From an uncultured Actinomycetota bacterium (GTDB taxonomy: Bacteria > Actinomycetota > Actinomycetes > JAHEKZ01): a DNA stretch of 64,000 nucleotides. The stretch is taken from contig CAWHIJ010000003.1 in NCBI GenBank assembly GCA_963829525.1, positions 2,368,001 to 2,432,000 of the forward strand, given 5' to 3'. The notes beneath the pieces are model-generated. The model did not search any database. It worked only from the letters and a program-made list of their open reading frames with translations, and had not been told where the DNA came from. The translations under genes were made by a program, and so were the position numbers. Shown here piece after piece: positions 30,752 through 39,744 of this stretch. Every line of letters begins with the position of its first letter. Within the stretch, counting starts at the first letter, position 1.

Positions 30752-32367
30752 CGGGGTGATCCTTCCGGTGGGGGCGTTTCTTTGATGACGAGCACCGTCG
30801 GCCCCTGATGGGTCGCGGCCGTACGAAGTTCAGCAATGAGGGCGTCCGGCGTCTCGACAGAGATGCCGCGAGCACCGAGTGCCTGAGCGAGAAGAACGAG
30901 GTCGCGCGGTGGCGCGTCGACTGCTGTTGGCTTCTCGTCGCGCTCGAGCATCTCGGCCCTGATCTCGCCGTAGCCACTGTTGTCGAACACCACGATCGCC
31001 ATGGACAGGTGCTCAGCGGCAGCGACGGCGAGCTCAGTTGCGGTGAACAGCAACCCGCCATCGCCGCTAATGCCGATGATCTGCCGATCAGGAGCGGCCA
31101 GCGATGAACCCACCGCGACGGGAACGGTGAACCCCAACGTTCCGAACCCCGTGGGGAAGTGAAAGCTGGACGCATGCTGCATGGGGAGTACGCCGATCGT
31201 CCCGAAGTAGACGCACATTGCGTTGTCTGTGGCGATCACCGCGTCCGGCGAACGCCCGAGGTCGATCGCGTCGATCCACGGCCGCCAGCGGGAACCGGCC
31301 TCGCCTGACTCGGCAGTGGCGGCCGCACGGAGGTCGGTGACCCACTCGGGAACGCCATCGTCAACGCTCGAGGTCTCGATCGCCGCGTCCAGCTGACCCA
31401 GAACGGTCGCCGCGTCACCGACGAGCATGGTGTCAGCACTGATGTTGACGTCAACCATGGACGCATCGACGTCTATCCGCACGATGTGACCCTTTGGCGC
31501 GAGCATCCCTTGCCACATGTCGGAGTTGCCGAGCTCGGCACCGACCACGAGCAGGACATCGGCAGCATCTGCGGCAGCGACCACCGACGCAGTGCCCATC
31601 CGAGCACCCAGCGCGAGCGGGTGGTGCTCGTCGACGGACCCCTTGCCGTTGATGGTGGTGGCGACCGGGGCGGACAACCGCTCGGCGACGGCGAGCAGCG
31701 CTACCCCCGCTCGACGAGCACCCCCTCCGGCGATGATCATCGGACGCCTTGCTGCCGCAAGTCGCCTTGCGGCATCAGCGACCAGGTCGGCGGGAGCAGA
31801 TGTTGGAGAGGCAAGGTCGGCAGACGTCACGGTGGCGTCACCGATGGCGTCGAGCAGGTCGAGCGGAACCTCGAGATGGATCGGCCGAGGGCGTCCTGCG
31901 GAGAACGAGGCAAAGGCTTCCGCGACGGCGTCGGCGACCTGCTGGTGCGTGGTGACGCGGAGGCACCGGGCCGCGATCCGGTCCATCGCACCGGTCTGGT
32001 CCTTCGCCTCGTGCAGGTAGCCCGTTCCGGGTCCATCGACCGGCAGGTCCATCGGCATGCCTGGGCTGACGAGCAGCACCGGGATCGAGTCGGAGTACGC
32101 CTGCGCCACCGCGGTGGCCGCGTTGTAGACAGCCGGGCCACTCGTGACCACCGCGACACCTGGTCGCCCTGAGGTCCGGGCGTACCCGTCAGCGGCGTAC
32201 CCCGCTCCCTGCTCGTGGGTGGTCGCCACCGTGCGGATGCCGTACCTCGTCAGGGCATCGAAGACCGAGAGGTTGTGCGTGCCGGGGATGCCGAAGACGA
32301 CTCCGACATCGTGAAGAGCAAGCGCGGCAACGACGACCTCACCGCCTGTGACGCCGGTCAGATGCAC
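30748..32367 (-). CDS. Thiamine-diphosphate-dependent enzyme (2-oxoacid decarboxylase-like)
   Basis: FGIPGTHNL, HEQGAGYAADGYAR, GFGTLG, GDGG..DN ThDP motif. Confidence 0.88.
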   Translation of the reverse strand: MHLTGVTGGEVVVAALALHDVGVVFGIPGTHNLSVFDALTRYGIRTVATTHEQGAGYAADGYARTSGRPGVAVVTSGPAVYNAATAVAQAYSDSIPVLLVSPGMPMDLPVDGPGTGYLHEAKDQTGAMDRIAARCLRVTTHQQVADAVAEAFASFSAGRPRPIHLEVPLDLLDAIGDATVTSADLASPTSAPADLVADAARRLAAARRPMIIAGGGARRAGVALLAVAERLSAPVATTINGKGSVDEHHPLALGARMGTASVVAAADAADVLLVVGAELGNSDMWQGMLAPKGHIVRIDVDASMVDVNISADTMLVGDAATVLGQLDAAIETSSVDDGVPEWVTDLRAAATAESGEAGSRWRPWIDAIDLGRSPDAVIATDNAMCVYFGTIGVLPMQHASSFHFPTGFGTLGFTVPVAVGSSLAAPDRQIIGISGDGGLLFTATELAVAAAEHLSMAIVVFDNSGYGEIRAEMLERDEKPTAVDAPPRDLVLLAQALGARGISVETPDALIAELRTAATHQGPTVLVIKETPPPEGSPR

Positions 32368-32378
32368 AGCTTCGCGCG

Positions 32379-33200
32379 TCACCACGACGGTGTCGCCGAG
32401 AAGCCGTACACCTGCTTGCCGAGCCACTGCCCACCATCGACAACCAAGGTGTCACCGGTGATGTAGGCGGCGTCGTCGGAGAGCAGGAAGGCCGCCGAGG
32501 TGGCCACCTCTTCCGGGGTCGTGAAGCGCTTCAGCGGGACCGAGTTGGTGAGGCTAGCCCGGTCCTGCTCGGTCGGCCACAGGGCGGCTCCGGCACCCTC
32601 GGTCTCTGTCGGGCCAGGAGCGATGCAGTTGATTCGGATCCCGTAGCGCGCCCACTCGACAGCGAGCGTGCGCGTCATCGCTTGAACGCCGGCCTTGGCC
32701 GCAGCGCTGTGCACGACTCCGGGGTGGCCGGTCCATGCGTAGGTGGCGATCACGTTGAGGATCGAGCCGCCGTCCTCCCGCTCCTTGACGATGCGCGCGA
32801 ATGACCGCGAGCAGTAGAAGGTGCCGTTCAGCACGATGTCGACGACGGCTTTGAACCCGCGCGGGCTCATCTCCTCCGCAGGAACCACAAAGTTGCCGGC
32901 CGCGTTGTTCACGAGGATGTGCAGACTGCCGAGCTCGTCGGCGATCGACCCGAAGGCCTCCTCGACAGCATCGTGGTCGCGGACGTCGAGCGAACGCGTG
33001 GTGATGCGATCGGCATTGATCTCCGACTGCGCTCTTCCCAGCTTTTCGGCGTCGCGTCCGATCAGCGCCAGCGTGGCTCCGCCGGCCGCCAGGCGGTGCG
33101 CGATGCCAAGACCGATGCCACTGCCACCACCGGTGATGATCGCGACCTTGCCGGCGAACTGCTGTGGGTCGACGGCAGCGGTACTCAGGGAGGAGGTCAT
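32379..33200 (-). CDS. SDR oxidoreductase, 2,4-dienoyl-CoA reductase-like
   Basis: TGGGSGIG, NNAAGNF, HSAAAK (His in place of the usual Tyr), LAVEW, IAPGP. Confidence 0.8.
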   Translation of the reverse strand: MTSSLSTAAVDPQQFAGKVAIITGGGSGIGLGIAHRLAAGGATLALIGRDAEKLGRAQSEINADRITTRSLDVRDHDAVEEAFGSIADELGSLHILVNNAAGNFVVPAEEMSPRGFKAVVDIVLNGTFYCSRSFARIVKEREDGGSILNVIATYAWTGHPGVVHSAAAKAGVQAMTRTLAVEWARYGIRINCIAPGPTETEGAGAALWPTEQDRASLTNSVPLKRFTTPEEVATSAAFLLSDDAAYITGDTLVVDGGQWLGKQVYGFSATPSW

Positions 33201-34399
33201 GACAGGACTCCGATCGTGGGGGTGGCGGCCAGTCGTCGAGAGATGATCAGACGCTGGATGTCAGACGTTCCTTCTTCGATCTCTTCGAGCTTGGCGTCCC
33301 GCATCCACTTCTCGGCAAGGAACTCGCGCGAGTAGCCCCAGCCTCCCAGGGTCTGGACCGCTCCCCAGGTGCAGAACATGGCCGCCTCGGACGCCACGAG
33401 CTTGGCCTGCGCGCAGATCGCCGCCGCGTCGAGCCCAGCATCCAGACGCTTGGCCGCACGCCATACCAGAAGCCGCGAAGCCTCGACGCGCGTTGCCATG
33501 TCAGCCAGCCGGAAGGCGACGGCCTGGTGCTCGATGATCGGCTTGCCGAACTGGTTGCGCTGCTTGGCGTACTCGAGCGCGTACTCAGTTGCGGCCCGTG
33601 CAGCGCCGGTCGCGGCCGCCCCGAGAATGGCGCGTGACGCATCAAACGTGTGCATCAGGCCATAGAAACCCTGGCCTTCCTCGCCGAGCCGGTCCTCTTC
33701 GGGTACGAAGACGTCGTCGAGGAAGAGCTCGGTGTTGACCAGTGCGCGTTGCCCCATCTTCTTCATCGGCTGCCCGAAGCTGAGCCCTTCGACGCCTTTG
33801 CGCATCATGAAGGCGGTAACGCCTTTGGAGCGTTGGGTCGGGTCTGTCTTGGCGAAGACGACATAGAACTCAGCAGACCCACCGTTGCTGATCCAGGTCT
33901 TCTGCCCACTGAGGCGGTAACCGCCATCGACCTTGACGGCTTTGGTCGTCATGGCGGCAGAGTCCGAACCGACCTCAGGCTCGGTGACGGCGAGCGACGT
34001 CATCGGGGTGTCGGTCTGCGCGAGCGGAGTGAGCCAGCGCACCTTCTGCTCCGGAGTCCCCAGCTCCATCACCGGGTGCGCGAAGAAGCCGTTGGAGGCC
34101 ACCAGGTTGCCGATGCCGGGGTCTCCGGCGCACAGCTCCTCTTGCACCAGGCACTGGCTGAACGTGTCGGTGAACCCGCCGCCGCCGTACTCCTCCGGAA
34201 GCATGAAACCCGTCAAGCCGACCTTGGCAGCCTTGTGCCAGATCTCCCAGGGCGTCTCGATGTCGGCCTCGTCGACCTCGCGGGCGATCGGCCGGATCTC
34301 GCGCTCGGCGAAGCTGCGGGTGAGCTCGACGATGGCCTGCTGCTCGTCGGTGAGCGGCAGCAGTTCTGTCGGCAGGTCGCGCAGCATGGGGTCCTCCAC
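33197..34399 (-). CDS. Acyl-CoA dehydrogenase family protein
   Basis: AVTEPEVGSD, SGQKTWISNG, RNQFGKPI, LGGWGY, EEGTSDIQR. Confidence 0.93.
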   Translation of the reverse strand: MEDPMLRDLPTELLPLTDEQQAIVELTRSFAEREIRPIAREVDEADIETPWEIWHKAAKVGLTGFMLPEEYGGGGFTDTFSQCLVQEELCAGDPGIGNLVASNGFFAHPVMELGTPEQKVRWLTPLAQTDTPMTSLAVTEPEVGSDSAAMTTKAVKVDGGYRLSGQKTWISNGGSAEFYVVFAKTDPTQRSKGVTAFMMRKGVEGLSFGQPMKKMGQRALVNTELFLDDVFVPEEDRLGEEGQGFYGLMHTFDASRAILGAAATGAARAATEYALEYAKQRNQFGKPIIEHQAVAFRLADMATRVEASRLLVWRAAKRLDAGLDAAAICAQAKLVASEAAMFCTWGAVQTLGGWGYSREFLAEKWMRDAKLEEIEEGTSDIQRLIISRRLAATPTIGVLS

Positions 34400-34427
34400 G
34401 GTTGGTTCTCACCATCATGCCTGTCAT

Positions 34428-34439
34428 CTGACGCGTCAG
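34428..34439. promoter_or_regulatory. Candidate TetR operator 1
   Basis: Perfect 12-bp palindrome CTGACGCGTCAG. Confidence 0.7.
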
Positions 34440-34502
34440 TCAACCCATGATGAATGCTGTTTCAGCAGGTGGAACCTCCAATACGCTTACATACTGGTCA
34501 AC

Positions 34503-34518
34503 AACTGACGCGTCAGTT
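34503..34518. promoter_or_regulatory. Candidate TetR operator 2
   Basis: Perfect 16-bp palindrome AACTGACGCGTCAGTT abutting the TAGTAT -10 of the leaderless tetR gene. Confidence 0.75.
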
Positions 34519-34529
34519 AGTATTGACCC

Positions 34530-35123
34530 ATGAGTGTTGCAGCCGTTGAGGAGGACCGCCGTCGGGAGATTCTTGACGCCGCCGTGTCCGTCGTTGTCGA
34601 ACGCGGGTACGCCTCAGCACGGGTCTCCGACATCGCCAAGCGGGCCGGAACCAGCACCGGAACGGTGCACTACTACTTCCCCACCAAGGTCGACGTGCTC
34701 GACGCCGCGCTCCAGCACGCGTCCGAACGCTCCCACGCGCGCCACCGCGCTGAGCTGGTCGCGCTCACCGAGCCGCGCGAGCAGCTCTTGCGCCTGATCG
34801 ACCTGCAGATCCCCGACGCCGACATCGCCGACGAGTGGGCGATCTGGCTGGAGTTCTGGAACGAGGCACGTCGTCGCGACGAGCTGCGTGACCGCAACCA
34901 CGAGATCTACACCCGGTGGGTCAGCATGATCGAGTCGATCGTGCGCAATGGTCAGCGGCAGGGACAGTTCTCGCTCGACGCCGACCCAGCGGACTTCGCC
35001 CTGAGGTTCGCCGGGCTCTTCGACGGGCTCGGCATCCAGGTGCTGCTGCAACCGTCACTGGAGAACCGCTGGCGGCTACGTGCAGCGCTCCGCGGGGTGG
35101 TGGAGCGCGAGCTCCTCGCCTGA
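34530..35123 (+). CDS. TetR/AcrR family regulator (BetI-like)
   Basis: ILDAA..GYASARVSDIAKRAGTSTGTVHYYFPTK; WLEFW; LFDGL. Confidence 0.92.
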   Translation: MSVAAVEEDRRREILDAAVSVVVERGYASARVSDIAKRAGTSTGTVHYYFPTKVDVLDAALQHASERSHARHRAELVALTEPREQLLRLIDLQIPDADIADEWAIWLEFWNEARRRDELRDRNHEIYTRWVSMIESIVRNGQRQGQFSLDADPADFALRFAGLFDGLGIQVLLQPSLENRWRLRAALRGVVERELLA

Positions 35124-35191
35124 TCGGTGCGGCGGCAGGGTCGGTGAGCCCTGCCGGTAATGTCGGCGGTACACACCTGAGGAGCCATCAC

Positions 35192-35672
35192 ATGCGAGTT
35201 CAAGCGCAGTCTTCGACCCGTCACGATCGCACTGGCGGGACTGGCTCTGCTCGGTCTCCTGGGTGCCTGCGGTGACAGCTCGACCACGGAGGAGAGCACC
35301 TCCGGCGAGACGATGTCGACGACGCCCTCAGCATCGGCGACCGACGACTGCGCCGACGTGACCGCCCTTCAGGATTCGCTGACGGCACTGACCGACGTGG
35401 ACCCGTTGGCCGACGGCACCGACGCGCTGAAGGCCGCGATCACCGACGTCAAGAGCAGCCTCGATGCGGCCGCCGCGTCAGCGTCAGCCACCCTGCAGCC
35501 CCAGGTCGACGATGTGAAGACGGCTTTCGCTTCGCTTCAGACGGCGGTGACTGGCCTCACCGCTGACAACCTCACCCAGAAGGCGCCGGAGATCAAGTCG
35601 GCCCTTACCGAACTGGGCGCCGCGACAAAGACACTTGGAACGTCGATCACCGACAACTGCGTGACCAGCTAG
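35192..35672 (+). CDS. Helical lipoprotein (frameshift just after the start codon)
   Basis: RBS aggag and ATG at 35192. The signal peptide FKRSLRPVTIALAGLALLGLLGAC (lipobox) is in frame with ORF 35313-35672 but not with that ATG. Confidence 0.65.
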
Positions 35673-35692
35673 CCTCGGCAGTTCGGCCGGGC

Positions 35693-35902
35693 TTACGTCT
35701 GCGGGTGGTCGACCAGCTTCGACAGGTAGAGCGGCTCACCGAGCGGCTCCATCACTGACAGCTGCGACTCGAGGTAGTCGACGTAAAGCTCCTCGTCGGC
35801 GAGGATCTGTTCGAAGATGGCGGCGCTGGTGATGTCGCCGACTCCGCGCATGTAGGCACGTACTGTCGGGTCAGGCTCACGCAGAAGCGGATATGGCGTC
35901 AA
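35693..35902 (-). pseudogene. Bacterioferritin C-terminal remnant
   Basis: MRGVGDITSAAIFEQILADEELYVDYLESQL..LGEPLYL matches the Bfr C-terminal helices; no N-terminal half upstream. Confidence 0.75.
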
Positions 35903-35962
35903 GCCGACCTGCGGTCATCTCTCGCTGTCCCGCTCACGACCAGCCGAGCTAGCCTCGGGACC

Positions 35963-36379
35963 GTGCGGATTCGACACCTGGTAACCGGCGACGTCGAGGT
36001 CGTTCTCGGCGCAGGTCACCTGTTCGACAACCCTCCGACATGGGCCTGGACCGAGGACTTCCTGCGTCGACGGGGCCATCACCTTCTCCTCGCCGAAGTC
36101 GAGGAAGCGCCCGCCGGATTCGTGAGCGGTATCGAGATCGCTCACCCTGACAAAGGCGTCGAGATGCTGCTGTACGAGCTCGGCGTCGACGAGCACTTTC
36201 ACCGACGCGGAATTGGCCGGGCACTCGTGGAGGCACTGAAGGCGTCCGCCACGAGCGCAGGGTGCTCGGGGATGTGGGTGCCCGTCGAGCAGGGGAACGA
36301 CGCGGCTACCGCTCTCTACCGCGCCACGGGGGCACAGGAGCCCGAGCCAGGCACCACCCTGTGGTGGAGCCTTCCGTAG
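35963..36379 (+). CDS. GNAT family acetyltransferase
   Basis: LYELGVDEHFHRRGIGRAL, NDAATALY; TAGCCT 7 nt before the GTG. Confidence 0.88.
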   Translation: MRIRHLVTGDVEVVLGAGHLFDNPPTWAWTEDFLRRRGHHLLLAEVEEAPAGFVSGIEIAHPDKGVEMLLYELGVDEHFHRRGIGRALVEALKASATSAGCSGMWVPVEQGNDAATALYRATGAQEPEPGTTLWWSLP

Positions 36380-36432
36380 CGAGCCGCCCGCCTCGTCTGG
36401 TTCGAACCGCGAACCCGTGATAGCCAAGAGCC

Positions 36433-37287
36433 ATGGAGCGCGACGGCAACGGCTGGGTCGAGTGCGAGCTCGGACACCGGCACTGGGGGCTGCACGGCGC
36501 AGCGGGCTTGCTGCTCCACACCGCCGACTCCGATGGCACGCTGCGTGTCCTGCTGCAGCATCGCGCCGAGTGGTGCCATCACGGGGGCACGTGGGGTCTC
36601 CCCGGTGGTGCTCGGGACAGCCACGAGAGCGTGCAAGAGGCCGCACTGCGCGAAGCCGTCGAGGAGACAGCGCTGGACGGCACCAAGGTCCGCCTCCGTC
36701 ACACGTTCGTCGATGACCACGGCGGGTGGAGCTACACCACCGTCTATGCAGACGCACTGACGCAACTGGAGACGGTGCCCAACGAGGAGTCGGCGGCCCT
36801 GGAGTGGGTGGCAGCGGACTGCGTCCCGGAGCTCCCCTTGCACCCCGGGTTCGGGCACACCTGGCGGGACGTCCAGCTGCCTCCCCTGACGCTCGTCGTC
36901 GACGCAGCCAATGTCGTCGGCGCGACACCGAACGGGTGGTGGAAGGACCGCACCGGGGCAGCAGCACAGTTGGGCGCGTCTCTCGCACCGTTGATCGCCA
37001 GTACGCTGCGCGCTGGCGACATCGACGGCGTCGTAACCTCGGTAGTTGTCGTGGTGGAGGGCCAAGCTCGGGACGCGATGCTTCCCGAGGATATCGAGAC
37101 CGTGCGTGCCACAGGCAACGGAGACGATGCGCTGGTGGAGGCCGTGCAGACCCTTGCTGCAAGACGGGGCCGCCTCGTGGTCGTCACCAGCGACCGCGAG
37201 CTGCGTGAGCGCGTGACCGCTGCGACGGACGGCGACGTGGTCATCCGCGGCGCTCGGTGGTTGCTGGACCTCATCGACCAGATCTGA
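36433..37287 (+). CDS. Nudix hydrolase fused to a PIN/NYN-like domain
   Basis: Nudix box GGARDSHESVQEAALREAVEE; C-terminal VVDAANVVG..GDD..VVTSDRELR. Confidence 0.8.
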   Translation: MERDGNGWVECELGHRHWGLHGAAGLLLHTADSDGTLRVLLQHRAEWCHHGGTWGLPGGARDSHESVQEAALREAVEETALDGTKVRLRHTFVDDHGGWSYTTVYADALTQLETVPNEESAALEWVAADCVPELPLHPGFGHTWRDVQLPPLTLVVDAANVVGATPNGWWKDRTGAAAQLGASLAPLIASTLRAGDIDGVVTSVVVVVEGQARDAMLPEDIETVRATGNGDDALVEAVQTLAARRGRLVVVTSDRELRERVTAATDGDVVIRGARWLLDLIDQI

Positions 37288-37290
37288 GGG

Positions 37291-38944
37291 TTATCTCGCG
37301 AAGACGCGTTCACCCTCGACGAAGGTTTGCGACACCTCGACGGTGCCGATCTCCATCGGGTCGACGGCGAAGGGGTCGCGATCGAGCAGCGCCAGGTCGG
37401 CGTACTTGCCGACTTCCAGCGTGCCCGTCACGTCATCGAGATGGTTCACCCACGCCGACCCCTGTGTGTAGGCAGTCAGCGCCGACTCCAGCGACAGGGC
37501 CTGCTCCGGCAGGAAAGCCTCCTTGCCGCCATGATCGTCGCCGTCCGGTGGCGGCATGCGGGTAACGGCGACGTGCGTGCCCCACAGCACGTCGGGACTG
37601 CTCACCGACCAGTCACTGCCGCCGACCAACCGCGCGCCCGCCCGTTCGAGATCACCAAACGGGTACTGCTACCGCCACCGCGGCTCACCGAGATAGGGAA
37701 TGGTCAGCTCGTCCATCTGTGGCTCGTGACAGGCCCAGAGCGGTTGCATGTTTGCCGCGGCGCCCAGTTCGGCAAAGCGCGGGATGTCGTCGGGGTGCAC
37801 CACCTGGATGTGCGCGAGGTGATGACGCAGGTCGTTCATCCCGTTCGCTGCTCGGGCAGCGGCAATCGCGTCGAGTCCTTCTCGAACAGCACGATCGCCC
37901 AGCGCGTGAAAGTGCACCTGGAAACCTTCAGCGTCCAGCGCAACCACGGCGTCGTTCAGCAGCGTCGGGTCGACGAAGAGAGTCCCGGCATTCGGCGGTT
38001 TGGCAGCCACAGGCATCCAGGTAGGGAGCGGTCATAGCAGCGGTGAAGTTCTCTGCAACGCCGTCTTGCATGATCTTGACGCTGGTGGCGCGGAACCGCC
38101 CTACCTCGCCGGCATCGCGTCGCTCCTTCAACTCAGCGATCTGCTCGAGTCCGCGGCTGCGGTCCCACCACAGCGCTCCCACGACCCGCGCCTTGAGGCG
38201 TCCATCGGCATCACCGCGCATGTACGCCTGCAGGTTGTCCGGGCGGCCGTTGACCTCACCGACGATGGCGTCCTGCCATCCGGTGATGCCGAGTGAGAAC
38301 AGGTATTCCTGCGCCACATCAAGCGCGCGGTCGTAGTCGGCATCAGTCGGGGGCGGCACGAGGTGACTGACCAGGGCCATGGCGCCCTCGTGCAGGCATC
38401 CGGTCGGCTCTCCGTCTGCGTCACGCTCGACGCGGCCGTCACCGGGGTCGGCGGTGTCGCGGGTGATGCCGGCCGCAGCGAGTGCTGCCGAGTTCACCCA
38501 GCCGCTGTGTCCGTCGCGGTTGGGCAAGAAGACCGGACGGTCCGGCACGACGGCGTCCAGCAGCTCTTTGGTGGGCGTTCCTCCGGGGAAGGCCTCCATC
38601 GACCAACCGCCGCCGAGAATCCACGGCAGATCGGGATTGGCGGCTGCGTAGGAGGCAACCGCCGCCACGCTCTCGTCAGACGTCGCGATGGCGTGCAGGT
38701 CGCACTGTGCCATCTGCGTTCCGCCGTATACGGGATGCACATGGGCGTCTTGAAAACCTGGTGTGAGCAGTCCACCACCGATGTCGATCACCTCGGTGGA
38801 CGGGCCGGCCAGCGCTCTCATGTCGCCGTCGGAGCCGACCGCCACGATGCGACCGCCGGCCACAGCGACCGCTCCCTGCTGGGCCGGTCGGCCATGACCG
38901 GTGAAGATGCGTCCTCCGACAAAGACCAGATCTGCGTGTGACAT
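37291..38944 (-). CDS. YtcJ-like amidohydrolase (split by two frameshifts)
   Basis: PGFQDAHVHP, DGHSGWVNS, KIMQDG; HFHALGDRA, HHLAHIQ; GGSDWSVS, GTLEVGKYADL. Confidence 0.85.
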
Positions 38945-39016
38945 GGGCGTCAGTCAACCAGCGCCGCGCCCATCATGCGCGAGCTTGACGAGGTTGGCGG
39001 CCTGCGTTATTTTCTT

Positions 39017-39039
39017 CGAAACGAAACCGTTTCGTTTCG
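39017..39039. promoter_or_regulatory. Candidate TetR operator
   Basis: Perfect 11-1-11 inverted repeat CGAAACGAAAC-c-GTTTCGTTTCG. Confidence 0.75.
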
Positions 39040-39072
39040 TTCCTTTCCGTGACCGAGGCCGTAGGAGGTGCC

Positions 39073-39708
39073 ATGACGCCCCAGGCCGTCGTCGCTCGTC
39101 TGCGCCGCTCCGACGTCGCCAGGCACACCGAGATCCTCGACGCCACCCTCGGCGAGCTCCAGGAGTCGGGCTACGACCGGATGACGATGGACGCCGTCGC
39201 CAAACGCGCCGGTGCCAGCAAGGCGACCCTCTACCGCCACTGGCCCCGCAAGGCCGATCTCGTCGTGGCGGCAATCCGGCAGATGCGGGGCGATGCCGCT
39301 GACGTCTTGCCCGACACCGGCCGGCTTCGCGACGACTTGCTGGCCCTGCTCAGGGGCGCCCAGCCCCGCTCGGCCGAAGACCAGCTCTGCGTGATGCGCG
39401 GCATGGTCTCGGCCTGCGGTTCGGACGCCGAGCTCGCCACTGCGTTCTTCGAGCAGGTGGTCGAAACCAAGCGTTCAGCTGCCCTCGAGCTGATTCAGCG
39501 TGCCCAAACTCGCGGCGAGGTGTCAGAGGCAACTGATATCCAGTTTCTTGTGGATGCCGCTCCAGCGATGCTGATCTTCCGACACCTGATGACCCCGTAC
39601 CCAGTCGACGAGAACTACCTCACCCGTCTGGTCGACGAGGTCTGGCTGCCACTGCTGACAGCCAACGCCCCGGCTTCCCCTTCTGCACGTGTTCCTGTCC
39701 ACCCCTAG
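39073..39708 (+). CDS. TetR/AcrR family regulator
   Basis: GYDRMTMDAVAKRAGASKATLYRHWPRK; PDTGRLRDDL; RBS aggagg. Confidence 0.92.
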   Translation: MTPQAVVARLRRSDVARHTEILDATLGELQESGYDRMTMDAVAKRAGASKATLYRHWPRKADLVVAAIRQMRGDAADVLPDTGRLRDDLLALLRGAQPRSAEDQLCVMRGMVSACGSDAELATAFFEQVVETKRSAALELIQRAQTRGEVSEATDIQFLVDAAPAMLIFRHLMTPYPVDENYLTRLVDEVWLPLLTANAPASPSARVPVHP

Positions 39709-39744
39709 ACCCAACCGCTCCCCCACCCCACCCTGAGGAGTTCC

